Sequence record: PQ287642.1
DNA length: 64,000 nt
Strand: one strand, 5' to 3'
A model generated the notes under the pieces. That model saw nothing but the letters and a program-made list of their open reading frames with translations, did no database searches and was not told the DNA's origin. Positions 10,180 through 19,613 of this stretch are shown here, piece by piece (within the stretch, counting starts at the first letter, position 1; every line of letters starts with the position of its first letter). Made by a program: the position numbers and the translations under genes.

Positions 10180-10355
10180 TAGAGATGTCACTCCTCATCT
10201 TTACTAGGATCACAGCGCGCCGGAGCCAGCAACCCTTCCAGCTGGCTTCTAGGAAGTAAGACTCCCTGTTGTGATCCCCTCCTTTCAGTTGGTAAGTTGT
10301 ATCTTTCTCCTTGTTGTGTTGATGAGCATATCGCCTCCCACTGGGAGGCTTTATG
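10179..10355 (+). ncRNA. Candidate structured sRNA 1 with anti-SD motifs
   Basis: Helices 10207-16/10268-77, 10222-30/10241-49, 10194-99/10321-26; G-U pairs favour + strand; bounded by promoter motif and terminator. Confidence 0.65.
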
Positions 10356-10395
10356 TTGAATAATACTGAGGAGCCTCTATTTATAGAGAAGAAAT

Positions 10396-10481
10396 GCCCG
10401 GTTGGTGAAATTGGTAGTACACAAGAGACTTAAAATCTCTCGGCGAAAGCCGTGTCGGTTCGAGTCCGACACCGGGTACCA
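10396..10481 (+). tRNA. trnL: tRNA-Leu(UAA)
   Basis: Cloverleaf, AGAGA-CTTAAAA-TCTCT, long variable arm, encoded CCA. Confidence 0.95.
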
Positions 10482-10487
10482 AATTTA

Positions 10488-10563
10488 CGGAGTGTAGCGC
10501 AGTTGGTAGCGCGCCTGCTTTGGGAGCAGGATGTCGGGAGTTCGAGTCTCTCCACTCCGACCA
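10488..10563 (+). tRNA. trnP: tRNA-Pro(UGG)
   Basis: CCTGC-TTTGGGA-GCAGG, TTCGA loop, CCA. Confidence 0.96.
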
Positions 10564-10621
10564 TTTAAATATAGAGCCCCTCTGTCATAGAGGGGTTTTA
10601 TATTGTATCGAGATAATAGAC

Positions 10622-10843
10622 ATGAATATCGCGACAATGTTTGTTTTAGCGATTCACGTGGGGTTGTTTGGAATTACATCCACAGAAGAATCGACTATCC
10701 AGTTTGAAAATAAAGCACAGTGTATTTCGCGTCTAGATATTTTAGAAAACAAGTACCGTGGATACGAGATACTACGAACGGAGAATACGTTGAAAGTTAC
10801 TAATCCTGACGAGTATTCTATTTTTATTTTCAAATGTCTTTAA
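10622..10843 (+). CDS. Small exported hypothetical protein
   Basis: Hydrophobic N-terminus; start moved to 10622 to avoid overlap with tRNA-Pro. Confidence 0.6.
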   Translation: MNIATMFVLAIHVGLFGITSTEESTIQFENKAQCISRLDILENKYRGYEILRTENTLKVTNPDEYSIFIFKCL

Positions 10844-11139
10844 GAGAAATTATGGAACATCAAGAACAAAAAGCGCTACTAAAAGAACCATTGCAGAAAC
10901 TCTACAATCTTACGTTTAGTCCCCGCTTACGTAATGGAGCGAAAGCTCCCGATTGGATCCGCCTAACTGATGAAGTAACCCTATTCCCAAACGGATTAGA
11001 TATTACAATCAACGCTATTACACGTTGTATCAAATGGGAACTTATCGAAGAGAGTATAAGTAACATTACTTATGTTGAAGCCATGTTCTTCAATAAAGGT
11101 CTTAAAGCAGTTGAAACCTATCTCAAACATACGGAGTAA
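10834..11139 (+). CDS. Hypothetical protein
   Basis: Coupled ORF in a compact operon. Confidence 0.65.
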   Translation: MSLREIMEHQEQKALLKEPLQKLYNLTFSPRLRNGAKAPDWIRLTDEVTLFPNGLDITINAITRCIKWELIEESISNITYVEAMFFNKGLKAVETYLKHTE

Positions 11140-11141
11140 AT

Positions 11142-11489
11142 ATGAATCATCTAACCCCAACGCAGAACGCTGTATATTTCACATTTGTTAGTCCTGAGTT
11201 TATGAAACTAACTCTTGTTGAATCTTTTGTAGCTATCCACAAGAAACATCCAGAAGTAAAGCACTGTGTTAAGAAAAAGATTAGTGATAATGAAACTCAG
11301 TTTATCTTTATCTTCAAAGATGGGACTGATAATTTAATCGTCACGCGTAAGACTGAACCTTGTCCTGAACTGGATAGTCAAGTAGGCGATAGAATTAAGT
11401 TGTCTGGTGAAGAACTTAAAAATATTCTCACTAAACATGGTCGCCCTAGTGACAGTAACTATTTTAAGCATTGGACAGACCGTTCATGA
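11142..11489 (+). CDS. Hypothetical protein
   Basis: GGAG SD, operon-like packing. Confidence 0.7.
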   Translation: MNHLTPTQNAVYFTFVSPEFMKLTLVESFVAIHKKHPEVKHCVKKKISDNETQFIFIFKDGTDNLIVTRKTEPCPELDSQVGDRIKLSGEELKNILTKHGRPSDSNYFKHWTDRS

Positions 11490-11532
11490 TATTATAAATC
11501 CCTATGTATACTAATATGTAGGTAATGAATTA

Positions 11533-11609
11533 GGGTCTATAGCTCAGTTGGTTAGAGCAGGCGACTCATAATCGCTTGGTCGTAGGTTCGAGTCCTACTG
11601 GACCCACCA
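11533..11609 (+). tRNA. tRNA with CAU anticodon, probably Ile2 (lysidine type)
   Basis: GGCGA-CTCATAA-TCGCT-type arm; GGGTCTA acceptor resembles bacterial Ile2 rather than initiator Met. Confidence 0.88.
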
Positions 11610-11732
11610 AATTAATAAAGCATAATGCCTCCCTTAAATAGGGGAGGCATTATTCTGTCTATGATAATAAAATAAATATCTGAACCGCAAAGGTTATCCT
11701 ATGATCTAAATGGTTTACTTGAGAGCATACTA

Positions 11733-13580
11733 ATGTTTGAATTATTGTTATCAGCTGCTGGGCAAGCTAAGCCAGTGGAAATGATACCGTATAACCAACC
11801 AACATTGTTTGGACAACTGGATGTTGGATTGGTTGGATCGGTACCCTATTTCAGAAATGGTTTATTAAATATTAATAGTGGTGCTCCATCAAGAAGTACA
11901 ACTGATAATAAAATCAGAATTTTTGATAGCACTGGTACTCAAATCAGTAAAACAGCTGTCCAAAATAGTTATTCACTTTGTCATACTGCGGGTGTATTTG
12001 TTCCAACATCTGATAGACTTTACATGTTCGGTGGGCGTCGTGGGGCTTCTTGGACACAAAACGTCATCACGATGATCAATCCAACTGTACCTAATGATAA
12101 TCTTATTAGTAATCAGTTGATGAATACATCCACTTATAACAGTATCGGCGATTGGGATGGCGGTGAATTTATTTGGGTACTGGAACATGCAACAGATCTT
12201 TTGATTCGCTATAGACTATCGAATAACGTTCGAGAAGTAATGAGTGCCCGGTGCCCTGTTATTCTATCTGGAGCGTATGCATTCTGCCATAAAGGGAATT
12301 TCTATGTGATGGGTGGATGGAAGAACATCTCTGGCAGTTGGGTTGTTAACCAAGATGTTTATAAATACACCGTTGCTATTAATACATGGACATTGTACCA
12401 TTCATACTCCACAGACTACCACGGTGGTCATCAAGGTGGTAAGTACTGGAACGGGACTTTTAACTACACTATCGTTAAAGATGGTAAGATTCATTGTGTT
12501 CGTTATTATATCGCCGAAAAACAATTTGTTGTTACTGAGACGAATATTGGTGAGGTCCATGGGACATCAGTCGCATTAAATCCATCGAATGGCGATCTGT
12601 ATCTGATCGGTGGTTCGGACATTGTTATCGATGACGCCCTTTTTAACACCCCTGAAAGAACGAAAGCAGCTATCTATAAATTCACTATTCCTATCCCTCC
12701 AAGTAAAACTGAATGGGAAGTAATGGCAAACGCACCTTATGATAGTCGAGGTTCCACTGCGGTTGTAATAGATGATGAACTGTATATGTTCGGCGGGTAT
12801 ACAAGTACAGGTGCATATAGAGGCGCGTTTAATAAATATAATCCTGAGACTAATACATGGAACGGTCTATTCACTGGATCTGGTTTAAGTCCGAGTGCAC
12901 GTGCTAATATGTGTGCAGCTGCAAATGATACACATATGTACCTATTCAGTGGATCTAACCAATCAGCAGATTTCTGGCGTTATAACGTAGCGACCAATGA
13001 TTGGACGGCTATTACACCCGCTTCTCCGGGTTCATCTAATCCAGTATTTAGAACACAAGCTACGATGGTTCATTATAATGGTAAGCTCTATTTGCTTGGC
13101 GGGAATAATGAATCTGACGCGTTGTTCGTCTACGATATTGCATCTAACATGTGGTCAAAACGAGTTGCGCAAGGTGGTATCCAACGATCTTCGCATAGAG
13201 CGGTTGTTGTCGGCGAGTACATGTATGTCTATGGTGGATTTGTAAATGGTTCGCAATCCGGTCGATTTGATCGAATGAATATGAATACATTTGCATGGGA
13301 GTCTCTACCGACTACCGATGGGCCAGGTGTTAACAGTTACGGTGTAATGCTGACTAACGATGAAGAAATTATATACATTGGCGGTGTTGACGAAGACAAA
13401 CGTAGAAAAGCCAATGCGTATAATATCCAATCGAGAACATGGCGTAAACTACCAGAACTACCAAACGGTGTGAATGATGGCTATGGTGGATTTATTAATG
13501 GCACAGCATATGTTGGCGGTGGTCTAACTGGAGCCAGTAATAATACAATTACAGACAAGTTCTATCGTCTTGGAATTTAA
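11733..13580 (+). CDS. Double Kelch beta-propeller protein, MFELLL N-terminus
   Basis: About 11-12 LYxFGG...Y..W repeats in 615 aa. Confidence 0.88.
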   Translation: MFELLLSAAGQAKPVEMIPYNQPTLFGQLDVGLVGSVPYFRNGLLNINSGAPSRSTTDNKIRIFDSTGTQISKTAVQNSYSLCHTAGVFVPTSDRLYMFGGRRGASWTQNVITMINPTVPNDNLISNQLMNTSTYNSIGDWDGGEFIWVLEHATDLLIRYRLSNNVREVMSARCPVILSGAYAFCHKGNFYVMGGWKNISGSWVVNQDVYKYTVAINTWTLYHSYSTDYHGGHQGGKYWNGTFNYTIVKDGKIHCVRYYIAEKQFVVTETNIGEVHGTSVALNPSNGDLYLIGGSDIVIDDALFNTPERTKAAIYKFTIPIPPSKTEWEVMANAPYDSRGSTAVVIDDELYMFGGYTSTGAYRGAFNKYNPETNTWNGLFTGSGLSPSARANMCAAANDTHMYLFSGSNQSADFWRYNVATNDWTAITPASPGSSNPVFRTQATMVHYNGKLYLLGGNNESDALFVYDIASNMWSKRVAQGGIQRSSHRAVVVGEYMYVYGGFVNGSQSGRFDRMNMNTFAWESLPTTDGPGVNSYGVMLTNDEEIIYIGGVDEDKRRKANAYNIQSRTWRKLPELPNGVNDGYGGFINGTAYVGGGLTGASNNTITDKFYRLGI

Positions 13581-13584
13581 TAAA

Positions 13585-13605
13585 TACTGGTATGGTAATA
13601 CTATG
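13585..13605 (+). promoter_or_regulatory. TAC-N14-TATG motif before tRNA-Tyr
   Basis: AAATACTGG-11 nt-TATGTAAG. Confidence 0.65.
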
Positions 13606-13624
13606 TAAGACTATACCAGATTTC

Positions 13625-13713
13625 GGAGAGATAGGAAAATTGGTAACCCCAGCTGACTGTAAATCAGCCGTCCGTATCGGGCATTACTGGTTCGAGTCCA
13701 GTCCTCTCCACCA
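13625..13713 (+). tRNA. trnY: tRNA-Tyr(GUA)
   Basis: GCTGA-CTGTAAA-TCAGC, long variable arm, CCA. Confidence 0.93.
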
Positions 13714-13775
13714 ATGCGTCATAGTGCTCTCCCTTCGGGGAGAGCTTTATGTCAACTATTACAAAAGGAAATAAC

Positions 13776-14312
13776 ATGTCAGCATTAAGTTTGATTAAAC
13801 GTTGGTCACCCGCAGTACCTAAAATTCTATTGAGTCCACAGGACACTGTCAATGAGACTAAGATGGTCTTAGATAACGAGGGTGGAGAATATATGAAGTT
13901 TAATGACTTCTTGATCCTCCTTCAAAACGGCGTGTACCTAGAAGCCACCAAAGAGATGCATGAGACTTTGTTAGATGGTAAAGCACAGCAAAGTCTCATT
14001 GCTCGACTTAGTCGCATGGGTTATGAAGACTTTGATCAAGTAATGAAAGTCTTAGAAGAACAGCGTGATTCTGTACTTAAGAAGAAAGAATATGAAATTT
14101 GGCAAGAAGGACATCGCGCTACTGGCGAATCTAGTATAGCCAGCTTTGTAGGTAAAGCTGAAGGTTATTCTTTCTTAGATGCTGTAGACAACTACATGAA
14201 GACAGCTAGTGAGGAAGTTAAGAAATGTTTCCGTGCTGAACTAGACGCAGCTTATATTTGGGGTTGTCGTTTGTTTGACAATGAAGCCGACGCACGTAAA
14301 TCTTTCGGGTGA
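13776..14312 (+). CDS. Hypothetical protein
   Basis: AAGGA SD before ATG 13776. Confidence 0.75.
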   Translation: MSALSLIKRWSPAVPKILLSPQDTVNETKMVLDNEGGEYMKFNDFLILLQNGVYLEATKEMHETLLDGKAQQSLIARLSRMGYEDFDQVMKVLEEQRDSVLKKKEYEIWQEGHRATGESSIASFVGKAEGYSFLDAVDNYMKTASEEVKKCFRAELDAAYIWGCRLFDNEADARKSFG

Positions 14313-14315
14313 CTT

Positions 14316-14486
14316 ATGGTTCCTAATCTTTCTATAAAAGCAATTCATGCTCGTCAAACTCCAGAACAACTTGCTGACAACCGAGAGAAAACTCTTGAGG
14401 CCCTGGCTAAGTTCAACCAGGCTCAACGTAAACTTGAAGAGCATTGCAAACGCAATGGACTTGAAGTACCAATTATGGTTTGTTAA
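14316..14486 (+). CDS. 56-aa microprotein (not in ORF track)
   Basis: MVPNLSIKAIHARQTPEQLADNREK...; packed between neighbouring genes. Confidence 0.65.
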   Translation: MVPNLSIKAIHARQTPEQLADNREKTLEALAKFNQAQRKLEEHCKRNGLEVPIMVC

Positions 14487-14488
14487 TA

Positions 14489-14635
14489 ATGACTGATGAC
14501 AAAAAAGAAAAACAGCATAAAGGGCGACAAGCCCTCAATGTAGTTGGTGAAATCATTGGCGCTGTGTTCGAAGCTATTTGGTGGGTCTTGACCTGCCCGT
14601 TCCGTTTAATCGGTGTACTCTGTACGCTTGATTAA
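14489..14635 (+). CDS. 48-aa membrane microprotein (not in ORF track)
   Basis: Basic N-terminus then hydrophobic IIGAVFEAIWWVLTCPFRLIGVLC. Confidence 0.65.
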   Translation: MTDDKKEKQHKGRQALNVVGEIIGAVFEAIWWVLTCPFRLIGVLCTLD

Positions 14636-14640
14636 AATAA

Positions 14641-14661
14641 TACCTAGTTGATTACAATATG
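14641..14661 (+). promoter_or_regulatory. TAC-N14-TATG promoter-like motif of ncRNA candidate 2
   Basis: TAC 14641-43 and TATG 14658-61. Confidence 0.6.
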
Positions 14662-14932
14662 TAACGAACAAAGTTACTTCATCGAAAGCTACCTGTAGAA
14701 ACATCTCACATTAGGTCCAGCAGACTGTAGTATTTCGATGTGACCATTTATAGCACCCGGAAACCAAAGGCTAATAGTGGCAAGCCGATGATTGAGGGAA
14801 GTCGAATGGGCCGCCCATACCGAAAGGTGTCTCTTCAGTTCCACTAACTGTCACCTCACGATGGACATTACGATCAAAAAGAGACTGGTTTTAATGTCCG
14901 ATATACGACTCTCCGATAAGGAGAGTTTTATG
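14661..14932 (+). ncRNA. Candidate structured ncRNA 2 (about 270 nt)
   Basis: Multiple hairpins including a GAAA tetraloop; promoter motif upstream; terminator about 14907-14932. Confidence 0.6.
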
Positions 14933-14985
14933 TCGTTTTATACTGGGCTATATAACAGTATGTCAAAGGATGTAAAGAGGTAATC

Positions 14986-15276
14986 ATGACAGCTTTCATG
15001 CCATGTCATACTGAGGCTGATATAGACCTAGCTTCAAGAAATAAAATGTTGTCAGAGCTACTTATAGAAGAATTCCCAAATACAGAAGGGATGTCAACTA
15101 AAGCAGCAGAAGACTATCTACGGTCTAAGGTCATAGATAAATTCAATATTAACCATCCCGAATATCAAGCACATGTAAGTTACGATTGTACTACACGTGG
15201 AGATTTCATTACGGCTTGGGTAACTCGAAGACTTGCCCTTGTAAAACTTGCTATAACTACAGAGGATCAATCATGA
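14986..15276 (+). CDS. Hypothetical protein
   Basis: GAGG SD; operon packing. Confidence 0.7.
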   Translation: MTAFMPCHTEADIDLASRNKMLSELLIEEFPNTEGMSTKAAEDYLRSKVIDKFNINHPEYQAHVSYDCTTRGDFITAWVTRRLALVKLAITTEDQS

Positions 15277-15488
15277 ACGAAAACGCACTGTACCAAGACG
15301 ATGGACTTGGCGCACTCATTACGGAAATTTTTAGTCGGGATCTGAATAAGAAATTTCAAGAATGGTATCGTCCGATTATGGATGACCCCAGCATTGAAAA
15401 GGTACCCGTTTGTAGAAACGGTCAGGTTGTAAAAGAACCCGTTAATTTTGTAGCCCTTTTGAAAGAATGGTTAGCTAATCAAGATTAA
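15273..15488 (+). CDS. Hypothetical protein (MNENALY...)
   Basis: ATGA overlap with the upstream stop and GAGG SD; shorter than the ORF-track call. Confidence 0.6.
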   Translation: MNENALYQDDGLGALITEIFSRDLNKKFQEWYRPIMDDPSIEKVPVCRNGQVVKEPVNFVALLKEWLANQD

Positions 15489-15548
15489 AAACATAAAGCC
15501 TCCCTTCGGGGAGGTTATATGTTATGATTTTGACGAAAGGTAATCGTT

Positions 15549-16487
15549 ATGTTTGAAGTTTTGTTAGGAATTGGGGAATATAAAAGTAAGCAAGGTTGGG
15601 TTCAGCTACAGGGACCCGATGTCGGAAGAAATCAGTCAACATCTGTTGTTGTAGGAGACAAACTTTATATCTTCGGTGGACGCCGTGCCACCACTAATGC
15701 GTTTAACACGGTATCCGTCTATGACTTCATAGCAGACGAATGGAAAGAACTACCAGCTGGAGCGAACGTTAACCTACGTGCTGCTGGTGGTTTAGTTGGT
15801 AATAAATTTTACGTATTCGGTGGATATACAGGTTCCGCTGATACGAATACAATGGTAGAGTTTACTATTGATGGCGAAACTATCACCCCTGTAACTCGAT
15901 CCAATGGTGGATTGGCTGTTCGTAATAGCCACTGCATGTCGGCTATTGATAATAAAGTGTATCTGTTTGGTGGGAACGGTGCACAGGGTATTATGTATGA
16001 ATTTAAAAGCTACAATACCGATAACTTTACAGTAGCTAATCTAACACCACCATACCAAATCCGTTATGCGTCTCTAACTAGTCATGATCGCCGTCTTTAC
16101 ACGCTCGGTGGATATGAAACCGCTAACACATCAGTTGCCTCATTTAGAAGTTATAATGTTGACAACAACACATGGACTGCCCACAAGAATGGTCTTGTAA
16201 ATAGAAATAGACATTCTGCCGTAGCTCTTAATAATAAGATCTATGTATTCGGTGGTCAATCTGGTACGAGCTCTACTCCAAACACTATTAACAACGATCA
16301 TATTTTCAGTGTCTATGATATTGAAACCGATACATGGTCAAACATAATACTTCCTCCGGGTAAGATGCCCCCTACTAGATTCTATGCTAATATGGAAGTC
16401 TACGACGGTAAGATTTATTTATCTGGTGGTTACACGAATGGTGTGTACCACAATGATCTATGGGTATACGATCCAGAGAATCCATGA
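15549..16487 (+). CDS. Kelch beta-propeller protein, MFEVLL N-terminus
   Basis: Six LY[IV]FGG...YD..W repeats. Confidence 0.9.
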   Translation: MFEVLLGIGEYKSKQGWVQLQGPDVGRNQSTSVVVGDKLYIFGGRRATTNAFNTVSVYDFIADEWKELPAGANVNLRAAGGLVGNKFYVFGGYTGSADTNTMVEFTIDGETITPVTRSNGGLAVRNSHCMSAIDNKVYLFGGNGAQGIMYEFKSYNTDNFTVANLTPPYQIRYASLTSHDRRLYTLGGYETANTSVASFRSYNVDNNTWTAHKNGLVNRNRHSAVALNNKIYVFGGQSGTSSTPNTINNDHIFSVYDIETDTWSNIILPPGKMPPTRFYANMEVYDGKIYLSGGYTNGVYHNDLWVYDPENP

Positions 16488-16494
16488 AAACAAA

Positions 16495-16515
16495 TACTGG
16501 CGTAGTGATTATATG
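16495..16515 (+). promoter_or_regulatory. TAC-N14-TATG motif before tRNA-Leu(UAG)
   Basis: AAATACTGG-11 nt-TATGTAAG, same ends as 13585. Confidence 0.65.
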
Positions 16516-16544
16516 TAAGGATTAGCGTTAAGCATATTCTACAT

Positions 16545-16630
16545 GGGAACATAGGCGAATTGGTATAGCCAGCTGGTTTAGGTCCAGCCGTCGTAAGACA
16601 CTGTGGGTTCGAGTCCCTCTGTTCCTACCA
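16545..16630 (+). tRNA. trnL: tRNA-Leu(UAG)
   Basis: GCTGG-TTTAGGT-CCAGC, variable arm, CCA. Confidence 0.92.
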
Positions 16631-16795
16631 TTTCAATAGAGCCTGCCGAAAGGCGGGCTTTATGTTGCAAATTGTATGATTTAGTCTTTTGGTAAGTACC
16701 TTTAATGGGGGAGGCCTTAGACGGTAAGGGAGTAGGAACGTGAAGTTCTATACAGTCACCCCTCTGTAAACAGTCACTTTTCAATGGATAAAATT

Positions 16796-18364
16796 ATGTT
16801 TGAATCGTTGTTGTCAGTACTCATTAAGGTAACAGAAAATAAATTACCCGGTCCCTCTACCTTTGAATACGGTGATTCGACACTTGGTCTGTATGGTGAG
16901 TTAGCAAGTGATAAGTTTATAACTTACCCTCAGTTAAGAACACTTGTTGAACTCGATTCCATTGGTAGCATAAATACCGATGCCGGCTGGATTAAGGTAT
17001 CTAGGAATAATGTTGTCATGTATTATTCAAAGACAGCTATTCTCCGATCCATTAGTCCAAACCAACTTGATACCGCTGGTTTAATAGATGGTAGTAAAGT
17101 TATTGTAATTGACGGAAATATGTTTAAAGTCCGTCTTATGAATGCAGGTGAAAATCCTTATTCTGATATTACTACCCAAGGTAATGAAGGTTCCGAGTTA
17201 TGGGATATTTTTGGTAACGTTACAACCAAAGGAAGCTGGGCGAAATATACAGATTCTCAACTTATAGGTGCTGAAGGCGGTAGTTATAGCTGGGCGGCTA
17301 ATAGAAATACAAATGGTAATTATCTACAGTTCTCGCCTTCGTCTACTCATCCCCAGGCAAAGAATGGAGTTTATGTTTACGACGGACACCCACCGACGGA
17401 AGCTACTAATTATAGAGGATGGCGTCCAGTACTAGAATATATTCCACCGAAGGAACTTAAAGGTTTATCGTCTGTACTATCGACAGTAAATCCACCACCA
17501 CAACGTGGGATGCCAGTGCTTGCATATGACTCGGATAACAATGATATCTATATGGCTTGTGGATATACAACTGGACCAACTGCTTTCATGTCCGACCTAC
17601 ATCGATTAGACATGGATACAAAAACATGGACTAAGTTACCATCGGTTGTGCCATTCCAAGGTGAAACCACTACCACGAATATGGTTTACAGTAACGGTAA
17701 ATTAATTCTTCATGGTAACCCATTGTCAACTGGGCCAACTATTTATATTTACACCATAGCTACTGATACCTGGGAAACTAAAAAGCTCGCGGCTATTCCA
17801 GGTTTGGTTGAAGCTTACTACATCGAACGTACAGCCAGTATAGTTAAAGATGACATACTCTATATTGTCGGTGGTTTCTCTGGTCGAAACGATAAGATCC
17901 ATAAGAGTATTATAACGGTTGATCTAACCTCCTACTCAATCGATCTTATTGAAAATATTCTACCATTTGAGGCTTGGCATCACGATCTTGGATTTAATGA
18001 TAATAACGAATTAGTTATTGTTGCATCTCAAGGTAGATTATCTATTGGTGGAACAAATATCACACCAACGGACTATATAAAAATTAGTCCCGATTTTAGT
18101 GCCGCTGAGACCATCCCTTTAAATGCACCGGCTAATAAGTATTCGACGTATAGGTCTATTGTTTTCGGCAACAATATCTATATTACGAATAATACTACAA
18201 CACAGTTAGCATTGGTACAACTTAATAAAGAACCAGAGCTAATCGGAGATCCTTTCCCTACAATTAGGTCGTATGAAGAAATGGTGATTACATCAGCTGG
18301 TGTATATAGATTCAGCGGTGATGTTTCTAAAACAGCACCTGTAGTCGAATACGAAATTAAATAA
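16796..18364 (+). CDS. Virion structural protein: phiKZ-type N-domain (...GWRPVLE) plus Kelch-like propeller, MFESLL start
   Basis: GDSTLGLYGE and GWRPVLE motifs of phiKZ-like structural paralogs; C-terminal propeller repeats. Confidence 0.75.
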   Translation: MFESLLSVLIKVTENKLPGPSTFEYGDSTLGLYGELASDKFITYPQLRTLVELDSIGSINTDAGWIKVSRNNVVMYYSKTAILRSISPNQLDTAGLIDGSKVIVIDGNMFKVRLMNAGENPYSDITTQGNEGSELWDIFGNVTTKGSWAKYTDSQLIGAEGGSYSWAANRNTNGNYLQFSPSSTHPQAKNGVYVYDGHPPTEATNYRGWRPVLEYIPPKELKGLSSVLSTVNPPPQRGMPVLAYDSDNNDIYMACGYTTGPTAFMSDLHRLDMDTKTWTKLPSVVPFQGETTTTNMVYSNGKLILHGNPLSTGPTIYIYTIATDTWETKKLAAIPGLVEAYYIERTASIVKDDILYIVGGFSGRNDKIHKSIITVDLTSYSIDLIENILPFEAWHHDLGFNDNNELVIVASQGRLSIGGTNITPTDYIKISPDFSAAETIPLNAPANKYSTYRSIVFGNNIYITNNTTTQLALVQLNKEPELIGDPFPTIRSYEEMVITSAGVYRFSGDVSKTAPVVEYEIK

Positions 18365-18385
18365 TACTTCGTGTCTAATAGTATA
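18365..18385 (+). promoter_or_regulatory. TAC-N14-TATA motif before tRNA-Thr/Asp
   Basis: TAATACTTC-11 nt-TATACGAG. Confidence 0.6.
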
Positions 18386-18403
18386 CGAGAGTATTCAATT
18401 TTC

Positions 18404-18481
<78 letters not shown>

Positions 18482-18501
18482 GTTTAAGTAGTTTAAAATT
18501 A

Positions 18502-18578
18502 GGCTCCATAGTTCAGTTGGTTAGAATGCTTGCCTGTCACGCAAGAGGTCGCCGGTTCAAGTCCGGCTGGAGTCGCCA
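18502..18578 (+). tRNA. trnD: tRNA-Asp(GUC)
   Basis: CTTGC-CTGTCAC-GCAAG, CCA. Confidence 0.95.
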
Positions 18579-18672
18579 AACATAACAAGGAATCTTCGGA
18601 TTCCTTTTATGCCGTAACATGAATATACTGAAAGACCAGATCCTATGGTTAAACATTATCTAGGGTAAAGAC

Positions 18673-18858
18673 GTGTCACTAAAAGCTTTGCAGGGTATAG
18701 CTAGTAGTGTTCCTACAAATGAACAAAAGGAACGATTGGCTAAAGTTCGAGAAACAATGGAAGAGCTAAACGAATCTATTAAAAGACAAATTCGGAATAG
18801 AAAGCCAAGCGCTACTCTTCTCAACAAAACAGTAAACTGGGGAAACAAATATGACTAA
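18673..18858 (+). CDS. Small coiled-coil hypothetical protein
   Basis: GTG start, overlaps the next gene. Confidence 0.6.
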   Translation: MSLKALQGIASSVPTNEQKERLAKVRETMEELNESIKRQIRNRKPSATLLNKTVNWGNKYD

Positions 18859-19150
18859 GACTCTGGTTCGTGCTAAACTGATTACGGAAGCAGGTGCTTG
18901 GATGTCTTCTGATTGGGGGAGTGGATTTATCGCTAGTCGGTTTGTTAAGACGAGTGGAGATACCATTACTCCTAACGAATTCGAGTCTCTGATCACAGAC
19001 TTCGCTATTGGAGATATGCTCGTTGTATGGCCGAATGGACTGAGGACTTCCTATAAGACCGAAAGCTTTGATAAGAACTTTACACACGTGAAAGATGAGT
19101 ACTATCAAACTGATCTTATTCCTTTGTTCTATCCCGGAAGTAAACAGTAA
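18851..19150 (+). CDS. Hypothetical protein
   Basis: Coupled ORF. Confidence 0.7.
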   Translation: MTKTLVRAKLITEAGAWMSSDWGSGFIASRFVKTSGDTITPNEFESLITDFAIGDMLVVWPNGLRTSYKTESFDKNFTHVKDEYYQTDLIPLFYPGSKQ

Positions 19151-19410
19151 TGGCTTTCGCTTGTTGTAATGCCGTCTATATGAACTACATCAATCATGAT
19201 AGTAGTTTTAACATCGATGTATTAAGAAAGATATTTGGTGTTGTAGACGATATCATTCAGAAAGAACGTACAGACGAGTTAGCTGTATGGCATGCTAAGA
19301 AACATGATGCACCTGTAGCTAAGGCTACGTTTGTAATCATAGGTGGAGTTGAACAAGAACTCTGTACCTGTGATTGCCATAAGCATGACGGTTTGAACGT
19401 TTTACATTGA
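19150..19410 (+). CDS. Putative Zn-binding small protein
   Basis: N-terminal CC and C-terminal CTCDCH...H. Confidence 0.65.
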   Translation: MAFACCNAVYMNYINHDSSFNIDVLRKIFGVVDDIIQKERTDELAVWHAKKHDAPVAKATFVIIGGVEQELCTCDCHKHDGLNVLH

Positions 19411-19417
19411 GGTGGTT

Positions 19418-19594
19418 ATGAGTACATTGGTACATAAATACGTTGCGTTCACACGAACTTTTAAACTCACTGAAATCAAAATGGATAAGGGTGATCGTAT
19501 GGTTCGTGTTGGTGGTGGTTTCAATAAAGGTAAAGGGTTTTTTAGAGTAGACTTAGGTGCACTTGGCTACCGTATAACTCGCCGAAATAGATAA
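19418..19594 (+). CDS. Small basic hypothetical protein
   Basis: GAGGTGG SD; Gly/Arg-rich; end approximate. Confidence 0.55.
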   Translation: MSTLVHKYVAFTRTFKLTEIKMDKGDRMVRVGGGFNKGKGFFRVDLGALGYRITRRNR

Positions 19595-19613
19595 CATAAA
19601 AGCCTTCCCCACT

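Noticed and set aside
10179-10355. Minus-strand RsmY/Z-like GGA sponge reading of sRNA 1
   Set aside because: G-U pairs, the promoter motif and the terminator tail all favour +; GGA motifs on minus are mostly not in hairpin loops; not fully excluded without strand-specific data
11495-11518. TAC-N14-TATG motif before the CAU tRNA
   Set aside because: TATG is present but the upstream TAC is degenerate (AAATCC), so it was not counted as support
14879-14905. AGAGACT resembling group I intron R/P7 (also AGAGACUA in ncRNA 3)
   Set aside because: No complementary UAGUC S element in the right order and no interrupted gene
10520-16784. ORF-track calls overlapping tRNAs (10520 start, 13592, 13664, 16578)
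   Set aside because: They run through clear tRNA cloverleaves; 10520 is better started at 10622
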